Below, piece by piece: positions 1 to 6,206 of a stretch of DNA of 9,149 nt. The notes under the pieces were generated by a model that made no database searches, was not told where the DNA came from, and was given only the letters and a program-made list of their open reading frames with translations. The DNA comes from Halalkalibacterium halodurans. GTDB lineage: Bacteria; Bacillota; Bacilli; Bacillales; Bacillaceae_D. The position numbers were made by a program, and so were the translations under genes. The DNA lies in NCBI RefSeq assembly GCF_004376175.1, contig NZ_SNUY01000083.1:1-9149 (forward strand), given 5' to 3'. Each line of letters opens with the position of its first letter. Position 1 is the first letter of the stretch.

Positions 1-354
1 GCACAGCATTTCTTCGCAGAGAACCACATATCGTTTGACGTAAAACAGGTCATCGGGCTAACAAATGAAGACGATGTCTCTAGAGAGTATCGACCTCTCA
101 AGCAAATCATCGAGAGACTAAATCGCACGTTTAAAGGGAATTATCGATCGACGCACGGCTTTGGTTCTGAACAAGGATCTGTTTCTTTTGTGACATTGTT
201 TGTGGCTTACTTTAACTTCTTACGTCCACATTCTTCACTCGAAGGGAAAGTGCCAGTAACAATTCCAGAATTAGAAAAGCTACCAACCATGCCAGCGAGG
301 TGGACAGCCCTTATTGGATTAGCTCAAGACTGGATTCAACAACAGTCAGCCTAA
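1..354 (+). CDS. DDE (rve/integrase-fold) transposase, C-terminal part; the 5' end lies outside the window
   Basis: Frame 1 is open from base 1 to TAA at 352-354. It is absent from the ORF track because it has no start in the window. The translation ...KQIIERLNRTFKGNYRSTHGFGSEQGSVSFVTLFVAYFNFLRPHSSLEGKVPV... has the catalytic-Glu segment (ERxNRTxK) and the FNxxRPHSSL tail typical of integrase-fold IS transposases. IS family not resolved. Confidence 0.7.
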   Translation, partial: AQHFFAENHISFDVKQVIGLTNEDDVSREYRPLKQIIERLNRTFKGNYRSTHGFGSEQGSVSFVTLFVAYFNFLRPHSSLEGKVPVTIPELEKLPTMPARWTALIGLAQDWIQQQSA

Positions 355-379
355 CTTTTGTTTAGCTGAGCCCTATTCA

Positions 380-530
380 GCTATCGGCGAAGCGAACTCT
401 TGACAAACCGAACTTGCCAATGGTTTAAAATGGAAAAAGTCAAGGGTTTATTTAGCATGCCTTCTTTTGTTCCCTTCGCCCTTGATTGACCTCTGAATAA
501 ACCATTGGTGTGTTTGTCAAGAGCGATAGC
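380..530. repeat. Long nested imperfect inverted repeat downstream of the transposase stop; possibly IS-end architecture or a structured RNA
   Basis: Three arm blocks pair exactly: GCTATCG 380-386 with CGATAGC 524-530; CTCTTGACAAAC 397-408 with GTTTGTCAAGAG 512-523; CCAATGGTTTA 417-427 with TAAACCATTGG 498-508. An inner pair TCAAGGG 440-446 / CCCTTGA 479-485 is nested in the loop. Confidence 0.6.
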
Positions 531-747
531 GTGGCATTTCCACCTAATAAATGGTAGGTAGTATGAACCGTGCTAGTTTTTCATAGAACTTTTGGCACTA
601 CCCATTGAATCGTTTTCTTATTACTTTAACACGGAATAACCATTTTTTGTATCCGTTCTAATTCTTTAAGGACATTTCCTCACCATTTTTTATAAGTCCC
701 ATCTTTCCCATGCGCATAGATAAATGCCCCTCGCATCAACACAGGGC

Positions 748-951
748 CTATAAAGCGTTTGCCGTTTTCATTAACGAATTGTATCTTCTCCTTTTGTGAA
801 ATGGTTCTCTTTTTATTCGAAACCGCATGAATTTATTCCAACCTACTTGACCAATTAAACCGGTCTGATCAAACAGAAATTGTTGTAGTATGTCGTTACC
901 TTCTATGCAATAGCGAATAGCCTCTTTCATCTCAGCATTCATAAATGACAT
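748..951 (-). CDS. Hypothetical small protein (67 aa as read); probably the 5' part of a frameshifted ~90-aa gene
   Basis: ATG at 951 has a good RBS (AAAGGGGG about 7 nt upstream). No family recognised. A second frame continues to TGA at 680-682 (see finding). Confidence 0.4.
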   Translation of the reverse strand: MSFMNAEMKEAIRYCIEGNDILQQFLFDQTGLIGQVGWNKFMRFRIKREPFHKRRRYNSLMKTANAL

Positions 952-985
952 GAAAAACCCCCTTTAGAGATAGTATCCAAAGGGG
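952..985 (-). terminator. Candidate intrinsic terminator after the GlpQ-like gene; it overlaps the RBS of the next ORF
   Basis: On the minus strand, CCCCTTT (985-979) and AAAGGGG (965-959) form a 7-bp stem with a 13-nt loop, followed by GTTTTTC. The stem is short and the U-tract is only 5 nt. Confidence 0.35.
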
Positions 986-1031
986 AACGGGAGTTCATTA
1001 TTCACGCGGCCAACTTTTACTTTTTTAACTC

Positions 1032-1886
1032 CTATTGATTTTTCACAGGGTGAAAGTACACATGCTCCGGAAAATCCGTAATTATGCCATCGACTTTTAG
1101 TTCAAACAACCGGTTCGCTTGCTCTTGCGTTCTGGATGTGTAAGGGAAGATCTTCATGCCGACTGCGTGAACACGACTCACTAGCTCAGGTGTTACGATC
1201 GTCATGTTCGGATTAAAATAATCGGCATAGGTCGAAAATTCCTCCAGCTGTTCATCGGTCACATTCGCCCAGCTAGGTCCTGCTAACACTCCATGAGGAA
1301 TGTGGGGCAAAAGCTCCTTCGATTTTTTCATCGATTCATGGTTGAAGGATTGAATAATCACTTTATGGTTACTACTCCGATCCATCTTGCGCTCCTTTAA
1401 GGCTTCCGCTACCTTCTCCTCCATACCTGGGTACCGCTCAGGCGATTTTAACTCGATTAAAAGCCCAACCTTCCCGCGAAAAGCATCTAACGTTTCTTCA
1501 AATGTAGGCACCTTCTCCCCAACAAAATCTTCATGAAACCAGCTGCCCGCATCAAATTGTTTAATCTCGTCTAACGTCAGGTCACTTACATAGCCATGAC
1601 CACTTGTCGTGCGATCAACGGTTAAGTCATGCATGAGAACAAGCTCGCCATCCTTTGTCATATGGACGTCAAATTCAATGTAGTCTACCTTCATGTCAAA
1701 CCCTTTTTGAAAGGCAGCCATGGTGTTCTCCGGGGCATGTCCGGAAGCTCCACGATGAGCAATGTTGATCATTTTTTGTTGATCTCCTTTAGAGTTGGGG
1801 TTCGTCTGGGCTGAGACTGTAGGGACAGTGAACATAGTGATGACCATTACTACGGCGACAAAAAAGGTAAGGGTTCGCTTCATCAT
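1032..1886 (-). CDS. glpQ: Secreted glycerophosphodiester phosphodiesterase (GDPD family, GlpQ-like)
   Basis: 284 aa. The N-terminal signal peptide MMKRTLTFFVAVVMVITMFTVPTVSA-Q is followed by the GDPD signature INIAHRGASGHAPENT...DYIEFDVHMTKDGELVLMHDLTVDRTT. It is collinear with remembered B. subtilis GlpQ motifs (DAGSWF, VPTFEE, YPGMEEK, IIQSF). The RBS AAGGAGTG lies upstream of ATG 1886. Confidence 0.9.
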   Translation of the reverse strand: MMKRTLTFFVAVVMVITMFTVPTVSAQTNPNSKGDQQKMINIAHRGASGHAPENTMAAFQKGFDMKVDYIEFDVHMTKDGELVLMHDLTVDRTTSGHGYVSDLTLDEIKQFDAGSWFHEDFVGEKVPTFEETLDAFRGKVGLLIELKSPERYPGMEEKVAEALKERKMDRSSNHKVIIQSFNHESMKKSKELLPHIPHGVLAGPSWANVTDEQLEEFSTYADYFNPNMTIVTPELVSRVHAVGMKIFPYTSRTQEQANRLFELKVDGIITDFPEHVYFHPVKNQ

Positions 1887-2104
1887 AAAAGATCACTCCT
1901 TATCGTTTGTTCCTTTAGCGTACAGAACAGATATAAAGGTGATGTTAAAGGAAGTTTAAAAACATCTAAAAAACCAATATTTCCACATTACATTGTAGAG
2001 GTCCCTTTTCATAAGGTGGGATAACACGTAGAAAAAAACACCGTCTTTTTGAAAGAGCTGCTTTCTTTGCATGATAAATAGAGAAGTTCAATGAAATAGA
2101 AATA

Positions 2105-2129
2105 GGGCCGTATGCCCAACATACGACCC
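2105..2129 (-). terminator. Stem-loop downstream of the GH42 gene; likely an intrinsic terminator
   Basis: GGGCCGTATG 2105-2114 pairs with CATACGACCC 2120-2129: a 10-bp stem with one G-U on the minus-strand RNA and a 5-nt loop. On the minus strand it is followed by TATTTCTATTTCATT, an interrupted U-rich tail. Confidence 0.5.
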
Positions 2130-2158
2130 CCGCTTTCTACATTAGGTTTTCGATTTGG

Positions 2159-4177
2159 CTACCGCTTTACGATCATCACTCCATAAGCCTCCAATGAGGT
2201 AGCCCCTGTTAATTCCTTCCCTGTTAACAGGTCAGTTCCTTCGCCTATTTCCAATTCTACTGTAGATGCATTGTGGTTCATGATAAAAAAGTAAGAAGCG
2301 CCGTCCTTTCGTCTCTCCGTCACTTCCACGCCTTTTGGAACATTCAATAATGGAGCGATTTCCTTTTCCGCACAAACCGTCTTCATGAAATCCGTTAAAA
2401 AGGCTTGATCAGGGCATGTTCCTACGTAATACGCTTTTCCTTTTCCATAAGCATGACGCGTAATGACGGGTGTACCTGCATAAAAATCAGAGCCATATTC
2501 AGCCAGCACGTCTGCACCCTCTGAATGAATAATATCAAATAACAACCGGCACTCATAGGTACCTGTTAGACTACCGGTATCATTTGTTATCACAATCTGA
2601 TTTTTTACTTCAGGTGGCAGAGCATCGATTTCCTCTACCCATATTCCAAGGAGATCTCTTAGTTCGCCTGGATAACCGCCAAGAGTGACAAGATCATGCT
2701 CATTCACGATTCCACTAAAGAACGTTGTCACAAACGTTCCCCCATTTTGAACAAACTCTTTTACACGATCGGCATACCCTGATTTCACCATATACAATAC
2801 AGGAGCAATGACAATTTCATACTTGCTTAAATCCTCATCGACTCCAATCATGTCGACCGGGATATTTTCATCAAATAAGGCGGCGTAATAGTTGTGAACT
2901 TCTTTTACATAATCCAATGCCTTGGATGGGCCGCTTGATAGCTCCGTCGCCCAGCGATTTTCCCAGTCAAACACGATCGCCACCTTCGCTTGCACACGTG
3001 CATCGAGCAATGCATCGGAAAGGTTGCCCAACTCCTTGCCAAGTGCAGCCGTCTCTCGGAATACCCTTGTATTCTCATGACCCACATGCTCGATGACGGC
3101 TCCATGGTATTTTTCACAAGCTCCAACCGATCGCCTCAATTGAAAAAACATCACTGTATCTGCCCCACGGGCCACCGCTTGATAGCTCCATAAGCGCATC
3201 ACACCCGGGCGTTTCAACGAATTATAAGGCTGCCAATTTTGCTGGCTTGGCGTCTGCTCCATCAGCATAAATGGCTGTCCGCTTTTTAAGCCTCTCATAA
3301 GATCGTGAGCCATCGCCGTAAAGCTTACAGGCGTATCATACGCAGGGTAGTTGTCCCATGACACGACATCCATTTCCTTACCCCATTTAAAATAATCCAG
3401 CTCTTTATACGTACCCATTAGATTCGTTGTTACTGGAAGGTTAGGCGTATGTTTTTTCAACGCGTCCCTCTCAAGTTTAAAGCACTCTAGTAAGCTATCG
3501 GACTGAAAAATGCGATAATCTAAAGAGATGCCTTGGAAATTCGTAGAATCCCCCTCCCATTCTTCACTTAACGCATTCGGAGGGACAATTTCATCCCAAT
3601 CATAAAACGTATGCCCCCAAAAGCGAGTGTTCCATTCTTTATTGACATTTTGTAAAGTCCCGTACTTTTGCTGGAGCCATTTTCGAAAGCTGGCAGCACA
3701 GTTGTCACAATAACAATAGCCACCATATTCATTGGACACATGCCAAATTAATACGCCAGGATGATCCTTATATCTTTCACCTAATCGATCGGCCATCCGT
3801 TCTGCATACTTTCGATACGTTGGGCTGTTCGGGCAAGAATTGTGCCTGCCGCCAAATGCACGTTTTCTCCCTTGATAATCAACCCTTAGGACGTCTGGAT
3901 ACTTTTTTGCCATCCACGCAGGATGTGCCGCTGTACTCGTGGCCAAACAAGTATAAATTCCGTTTTCATACAACCGATCAATTTGCTCATCCAGCCAAGT
4001 AAAATCATAGGTTTCTTCATCAGGCTGATTTAACGCCCATGAAAAAACATTTAATGTGGCCACATCAATTCCTGCTAGTTTAAACATACGGATATCTTCG
4101 TCCCAGACCTCTTTCTCCCACTGCTCCGGATTATAATCTCCACCATACCAAATTTTTGGTAGCTTTTCGTTGATCAT
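2159..4177 (-). CDS. Beta-galactosidase, glycoside hydrolase family 42
   Basis: 672 aa. N-terminus is YGGDYNPEQW. The acid/base motif is HVSNEYGG and the nucleophile motif is FMLMEQTPS. The GH42 zinc-cysteine cluster is present (NSCPNSP ... YCYCDNC). It is collinear with the remembered Geobacillus BgaB sequence through the trimerisation and C-terminal domains. The RBS GGTGA lies upstream of ATG 4177. Confidence 0.93.
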   Translation of the reverse strand: MINEKLPKIWYGGDYNPEQWEKEVWDEDIRMFKLAGIDVATLNVFSWALNQPDEETYDFTWLDEQIDRLYENGIYTCLATSTAAHPAWMAKKYPDVLRVDYQGRKRAFGGRHNSCPNSPTYRKYAERMADRLGERYKDHPGVLIWHVSNEYGGYCYCDNCAASFRKWLQQKYGTLQNVNKEWNTRFWGHTFYDWDEIVPPNALSEEWEGDSTNFQGISLDYRIFQSDSLLECFKLERDALKKHTPNLPVTTNLMGTYKELDYFKWGKEMDVVSWDNYPAYDTPVSFTAMAHDLMRGLKSGQPFMLMEQTPSQQNWQPYNSLKRPGVMRLWSYQAVARGADTVMFFQLRRSVGACEKYHGAVIEHVGHENTRVFRETAALGKELGNLSDALLDARVQAKVAIVFDWENRWATELSSGPSKALDYVKEVHNYYAALFDENIPVDMIGVDEDLSKYEIVIAPVLYMVKSGYADRVKEFVQNGGTFVTTFFSGIVNEHDLVTLGGYPGELRDLLGIWVEEIDALPPEVKNQIVITNDTGSLTGTYECRLLFDIIHSEGADVLAEYGSDFYAGTPVITRHAYGKGKAYYVGTCPDQAFLTDFMKTVCAEKEIAPLLNVPKGVEVTERRKDGASYFFIMNHNASTVELEIGEGTDLLTGKELTGATSLEAYGVMIVKR

Positions 4178-4202
4178 ATCCTATCACCTTTTCCTTTGTA
4201 TC

Positions 4203-4253
4203 ATAATAATTACATTGTATGCGATTACAAAGCGGGATTATATATAATATAAT
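4203..4253. promoter_or_regulatory. Back-to-back divergent sigma-A-type promoters for the GH42 gene and the AraC-family gene, sharing one -35 position
   Basis: Plus strand: TTACAA 4225-4230, 17-nt spacer, TATAAT 4248-4253. Minus strand: TTGTAA (same bases 4230-4225), 16-nt spacer, TATTAT 4208-4203. This is hexamer matching only. Confidence 0.35.
4216..4229. promoter_or_regulatory. cre-like (CcpA) catabolite-responsive element
   Basis: TGTATGCGATTACA has 2 mismatches to the palindromic cre core TGTAAGCGCTTACA and 1 mismatch to the degenerate WTGNAANCGNWNNCW. It overlaps the shared -35 and spacer of the divergent promoters. Confidence 0.4.
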
Positions 4254-4311
4254 AGAAAGAGATATAAAAATAAGGAACTCTTTATTGATTGCTTGGAGGG
4301 AAGGGGTCCCA

Positions 4312-5151
4312 ATGAAAAAACACGTTCTCATCCCATTAAATGAAAATAAACTACCCCTTTTCGCTGAAACGATTGGGTTTAATCCTGTACAAGAATATGT
4401 CACACGGCCAAATGGCTACCCTTATTACCATTGGATTCAAACAGTGAGCGGACAAGGCTCCATCATGTTTCAAAATAGACAGATCAACTTGACGACGAAT
4501 AACGGGGTCCTCCTCCTGCCACATATCCCCCACTCGTATCAAAACGCGCAAAGTGATTCCACTCCATGGCAAACACTGTATGTAACCTTTAGCGGGACGA
4601 TGGTGAAAGAGGTGTTGATTACACTGGAACTGTATCAATCTGCTTTTTTTCACTGGAATCAAGAAGCTCCGATATCCACATTCCTTGCGAAAGTATTGAA
4701 ACAAAGCGACGAAACAAGAGACAGCTTTAGCATCAGTGCCTCTTCTGCGGTCTATGAATTCCTTCTGCTTTTAAAAAAGTATGGAAAAACGAATAATAGC
4801 AACGCAAAAGAGACGAATCACTTAGTGCGGTTATATTCACTGATTGATTGGATGAAGACTCAACTTTCCAACCCAGATGTAGGCCTTGATGAAATGGCAC
4901 GCTTTATTAATACGTCCAAACGCCATTTGAATTCGCTGTTCCAAAAGAACTTCCACTTGACGCCCTATGCCTATTTTGTTAATTTGCGAATCCAACAATC
5001 AAAAAAGCTCTTATTAGAAGACAACTGTGCCACCATCGGTGAGATTGCCAAGCAAGTGGGGTTTCGCTCGACAAGCCACTTTGTCGCCACTTTCAGGAAG
5101 ATGGTCGGCATCCCTCCGGAAAAATACCGTCAGCTCAATGGAGGGGTTTGA
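4312..5151 (+). CDS. AraC/XylS-family transcriptional regulator (cupin-like sensor domain plus C-terminal double HTH)
   Basis: The C-terminus LDEMARFINTSKRHLNSLFQKNFHLTPYAYFVNLRIQQSKKLL...IGEIAKQVGFRSTSHFVATFRKMVGIPPEKYR is a canonical AraC HTH pair. Start chosen at ATG 4312 (MKKHVLIPL...), which has the RBS GGAGGGAAGGGG. The track's 4219 start lies in AT-rich promoter DNA. Confidence 0.85.
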   Translation: MKKHVLIPLNENKLPLFAETIGFNPVQEYVTRPNGYPYYHWIQTVSGQGSIMFQNRQINLTTNNGVLLLPHIPHSYQNAQSDSTPWQTLYVTFSGTMVKEVLITLELYQSAFFHWNQEAPISTFLAKVLKQSDETRDSFSISASSAVYEFLLLLKKYGKTNNSNAKETNHLVRLYSLIDWMKTQLSNPDVGLDEMARFINTSKRHLNSLFQKNFHLTPYAYFVNLRIQQSKKLLLEDNCATIGEIAKQVGFRSTSHFVATFRKMVGIPPEKYRQLNGGV

Positions 5152-5200
5152 CTTTTGCAGCAAAGGAAAGGCCGATGGACCAACGCTTGAAGAGGGAGCT

Positions 5201-5238
5201 CAAAAAAGAAACGGCGAATCCCATCGTGCGGACTCGCC
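5201..5238 (-). terminator. Intrinsic terminator, minus strand
   Basis: Minus-strand RNA: GGCGAGTCC (5238-5230), 8-nt loop, GGATTCGCC (5221-5213). This gives a 9-bp stem with one G-U, followed by GTTTCTTTTTTG (5212-5201). Confidence 0.5.
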
Positions 5239-5335
5239 ATCTAATTTACATGTACTTATCGAAGCCTATACGAGTTTTCAGCCGTATAGTATTTCCAATC
5301 CCAGAATATGTTCCCCTGTGCGAGAATGATAAGCT

Positions 5336-5524
5336 CTAACCATAGTTCGAAATTCCTGTTAAGGAAGTATAGATAGTTTGAGCTTTTGCTTCATCAAATG
5401 TCATGTCTAAATACTTACAGACAGTCGGTCTTGAAACTTTCAGCTCCTTAGCGATTTGTGCTACTTTAAACTTTCTCTTACGTAATTCATGGATCTTTAC
5501 ATATAAAACTAACTTCTCCTCCAA
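5336..5524 (-). CDS. Small HTH protein; most likely the N-terminal remnant of an IS21-family IstA-type transposase
   Basis: 62 aa with a TTG start. [35 protein letters not shown] resembles the N-terminal HTH of IS21-family transposases (pattern ...S.reIAk.l.iSRnTVrKYL). No transposase catalytic region follows in any frame. Confidence 0.5.
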   Translation of the reverse strand: MEEKLVLYVKIHELRKRKFKVAQIAKELKVSRPTVCKYLDMTFDEAKAQTIYTSLTGISNYG

Positions 5525-5641
5525 AACCCTAACCCCCAGTAAAATAACATTACTATCTATTTTACTAAAGTAGTAGGTTGATTGAGCAAAAGTGTAAAAT
5601 CTTATCGAGCAAAAACTGTCAACTTCATTCTAGCGTTTACA
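5525..5641 (-). mobile_element. Putative IS21-like left end (terminal TG plus repeated subterminal motif)
   Basis: Read on the minus strand from 5641, the sequence starts TGTAAACGCTAG.... Two copies of ACA-N-TTTTGCTC(G/A)AT follow (plus-strand coordinates 5604-5619 and 5581-5595). They sit just upstream of the HTH ORF, as expected for multiple IstA-binding repeats. The end position is a guess. Confidence 0.3.
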
Positions 5642-5661
5642 CCGACTAGGAATGTATCAAA

Positions 5662-5793
5662 TTAAATGCCAGCGATGGGCTTCTCAAGAATTGTAAATCC
5701 GTCTCCTGCGGTGTAGCTACTATTCAAAACCTGTGAACCAACAAAGCCAAAAATGAAACTTGCTGCAATGAGAGTTAAAAAGACACTTTTCAT
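5662..5793 (-). CDS. phr: Phr-like secreted signalling pre-peptide, orphan copy (phr2), 43 aa
   Basis: Not in the ORF track (<60 aa). Translation: MKSVFLTLIAASFIFGFVGSQVLNSSYTAGDGFTILEKPIAGI. It has a hydrophobic signal sequence, a GAGGAGG RBS, and an ATG overlapping the stop of the rap stump (ATGA). It is a paralogue of the phr at 6072-6206. Confidence 0.6.
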   Translation of the reverse strand: MKSVFLTLIAASFIFGFVGSQVLNSSYTAGDGFTILEKPIAGI

Positions 5794-5907
5794 GCGCCCC
5801 CTACCTCCTCATATAAAGATGGAATTTTTTGTTGGGCGTTTAACCCTTCCTCGTAATATTTCGACGCCAATTGATAGATGCCTTTTTTAAAATGCTAAAT
5901 TTCTTAC
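5790..5907 (-). pseudogene. 3'-terminal stump of a deleted rap paralogue
   Basis: Bases 5790-5888 read HFKKGIYQLASKYYEEGLNAQQKIPSLYEEVGGA-stop, against the intact Rap tail FYKKEGFYQLASKYYEEGLNAQQKIPSLYEEVGSA. There is an in-frame TAG at 5889-5891, and DNA similarity fades by about 5907. Confidence 0.8.
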
Positions 5908-5979
5908 AAATTTTACATACCTAAAAATCAAAATGAGATAAGGGTAAATGGTGGGCATTTATCTGTCATTCAAATTGGA

Positions 5980-6011
5980 AACAAAAAAATTACCCCGTGT
6001 ATCTCACGGGG
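5980..6011 (-). terminator. Intrinsic terminator of the rap-phr operon
   Basis: Minus strand: CCCCGTG (6011-6005), 5-nt loop, CACGGGG (5999-5993), then TAATTTTTTTGTTTCC. It lies 60 nt after the phr stop. Confidence 0.7.
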
Positions 6012-6071
6012 CTATCTAAGCTTGTACAAGTTGCTAATGCTTCCATTTTGACCAAGATGAAATACAATTAA

Positions 6072-6206
6072 TTAAAATCCACCTATTCTAGGCTTTTCAA
6101 GAGTGGTGAAGCCGTCTCCTGAGCTACATTGACTTTGCAGTTCTTGAGGGTTAGCAAAACTGAACAACAAACTTGCTACAATGATAGTTAAAAAGACACT
6201 TTTCAT
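6072..6206 (-). CDS. phr: Phr signalling pre-peptide cognate to the adjacent Rap (phr1), 44 aa
   Basis: Not in the ORF track. Translation: MKSVFLTIIVASLLFSFANPQELQSQCSSGDGFTTLEKPRIGGF. ATG 6206-6204 overlaps the rap TGA 6205-6203 (ATGA). It has a signal-peptide-like N-terminus and the classic rap-phr gene order. Confidence 0.8.
   Translation of the reverse strand: MKSVFLTIIVASLLFSFANPQELQSQCSSGDGFTTLEKPRIGGF

Noticed and set aside
680-730. YAHGKDG in the frameshift continuation resembles, from memory, the plasmid-borne Phr8 heptapeptide YAHGKDI of B. thuringiensis
   Set aside because: There is no signal peptide, the motif is not at the C-terminus and no rap is adjacent. It is treated as coincidence.
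1629-1814. 61-aa plus-strand ORF inside the GlpQ-like gene
   Set aside because: It is entirely antisense to a gene with strong family signatures. It has no RBS and a low-complexity translation.
1887-2100. Promoter for the GlpQ-like gene (e.g. TACAAT-like hexamers, Pho-box-like repeats)
   Set aside because: I found no -35/-10 pair with acceptable spacing and no clear direct repeats, so it is not reportable from sequence alone.
2905-4002. Three short ORFs (2905-3126 minus, 2990-3193 plus, 3820-4002 plus) within the GH42 gene
   Set aside because: They lie in alternative frames or antisense inside a confidently identified 672-aa GH42 gene. Their Cys/His/Arg-rich translations are typical of off-frame reading.
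4219-4311. Track start codon 4219 for the AraC-family gene (310 aa)
   Set aside because: The extension MRLQSGIIYNIIERDIKIRNSLLIAWREGVP is encoded by AT-rich promoter sequence that contains the TATAAT boxes. ATG 4312 has a strong GGAGG-type RBS.
4131-4403. 90-aa minus-strand ORF spanning the GH42 start, the divergent promoter region and the AraC start
   Set aside because: It overlaps two better-supported genes and the AT-rich promoter DNA. The translation has no recognisable features.
4351-4704. 117-aa ORF antisense to the AraC-family gene
   Set aside because: It is antisense within a well-supported CDS and has no independent signals.
5266-5289. 7-bp hairpin CTATACG/CGTATAG as a terminator of the AraC gene
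   Set aside because: The stem is short and AT-rich, the loop is 10 nt, and the T-tract is poor. Evidence is insufficient to call it.
5027-5339. Plus-strand ORFs 5027-5329 (100 aa) and 5148-5339 (63 aa)
   Set aside because: The first is an off-frame read of the AraC 3' end. Both run through a minus-strand terminator hairpin, lack RBSs and have Arg/Ser/Pro-rich composition.
5949-6020. 23-codon plus-strand ORF (MVGIYLSFKLETKKLPRVSHGAI) between the phr copies
   Set aside because: It has no RBS and runs through the rap-phr terminator stem-loop, so it is most likely fortuitous.
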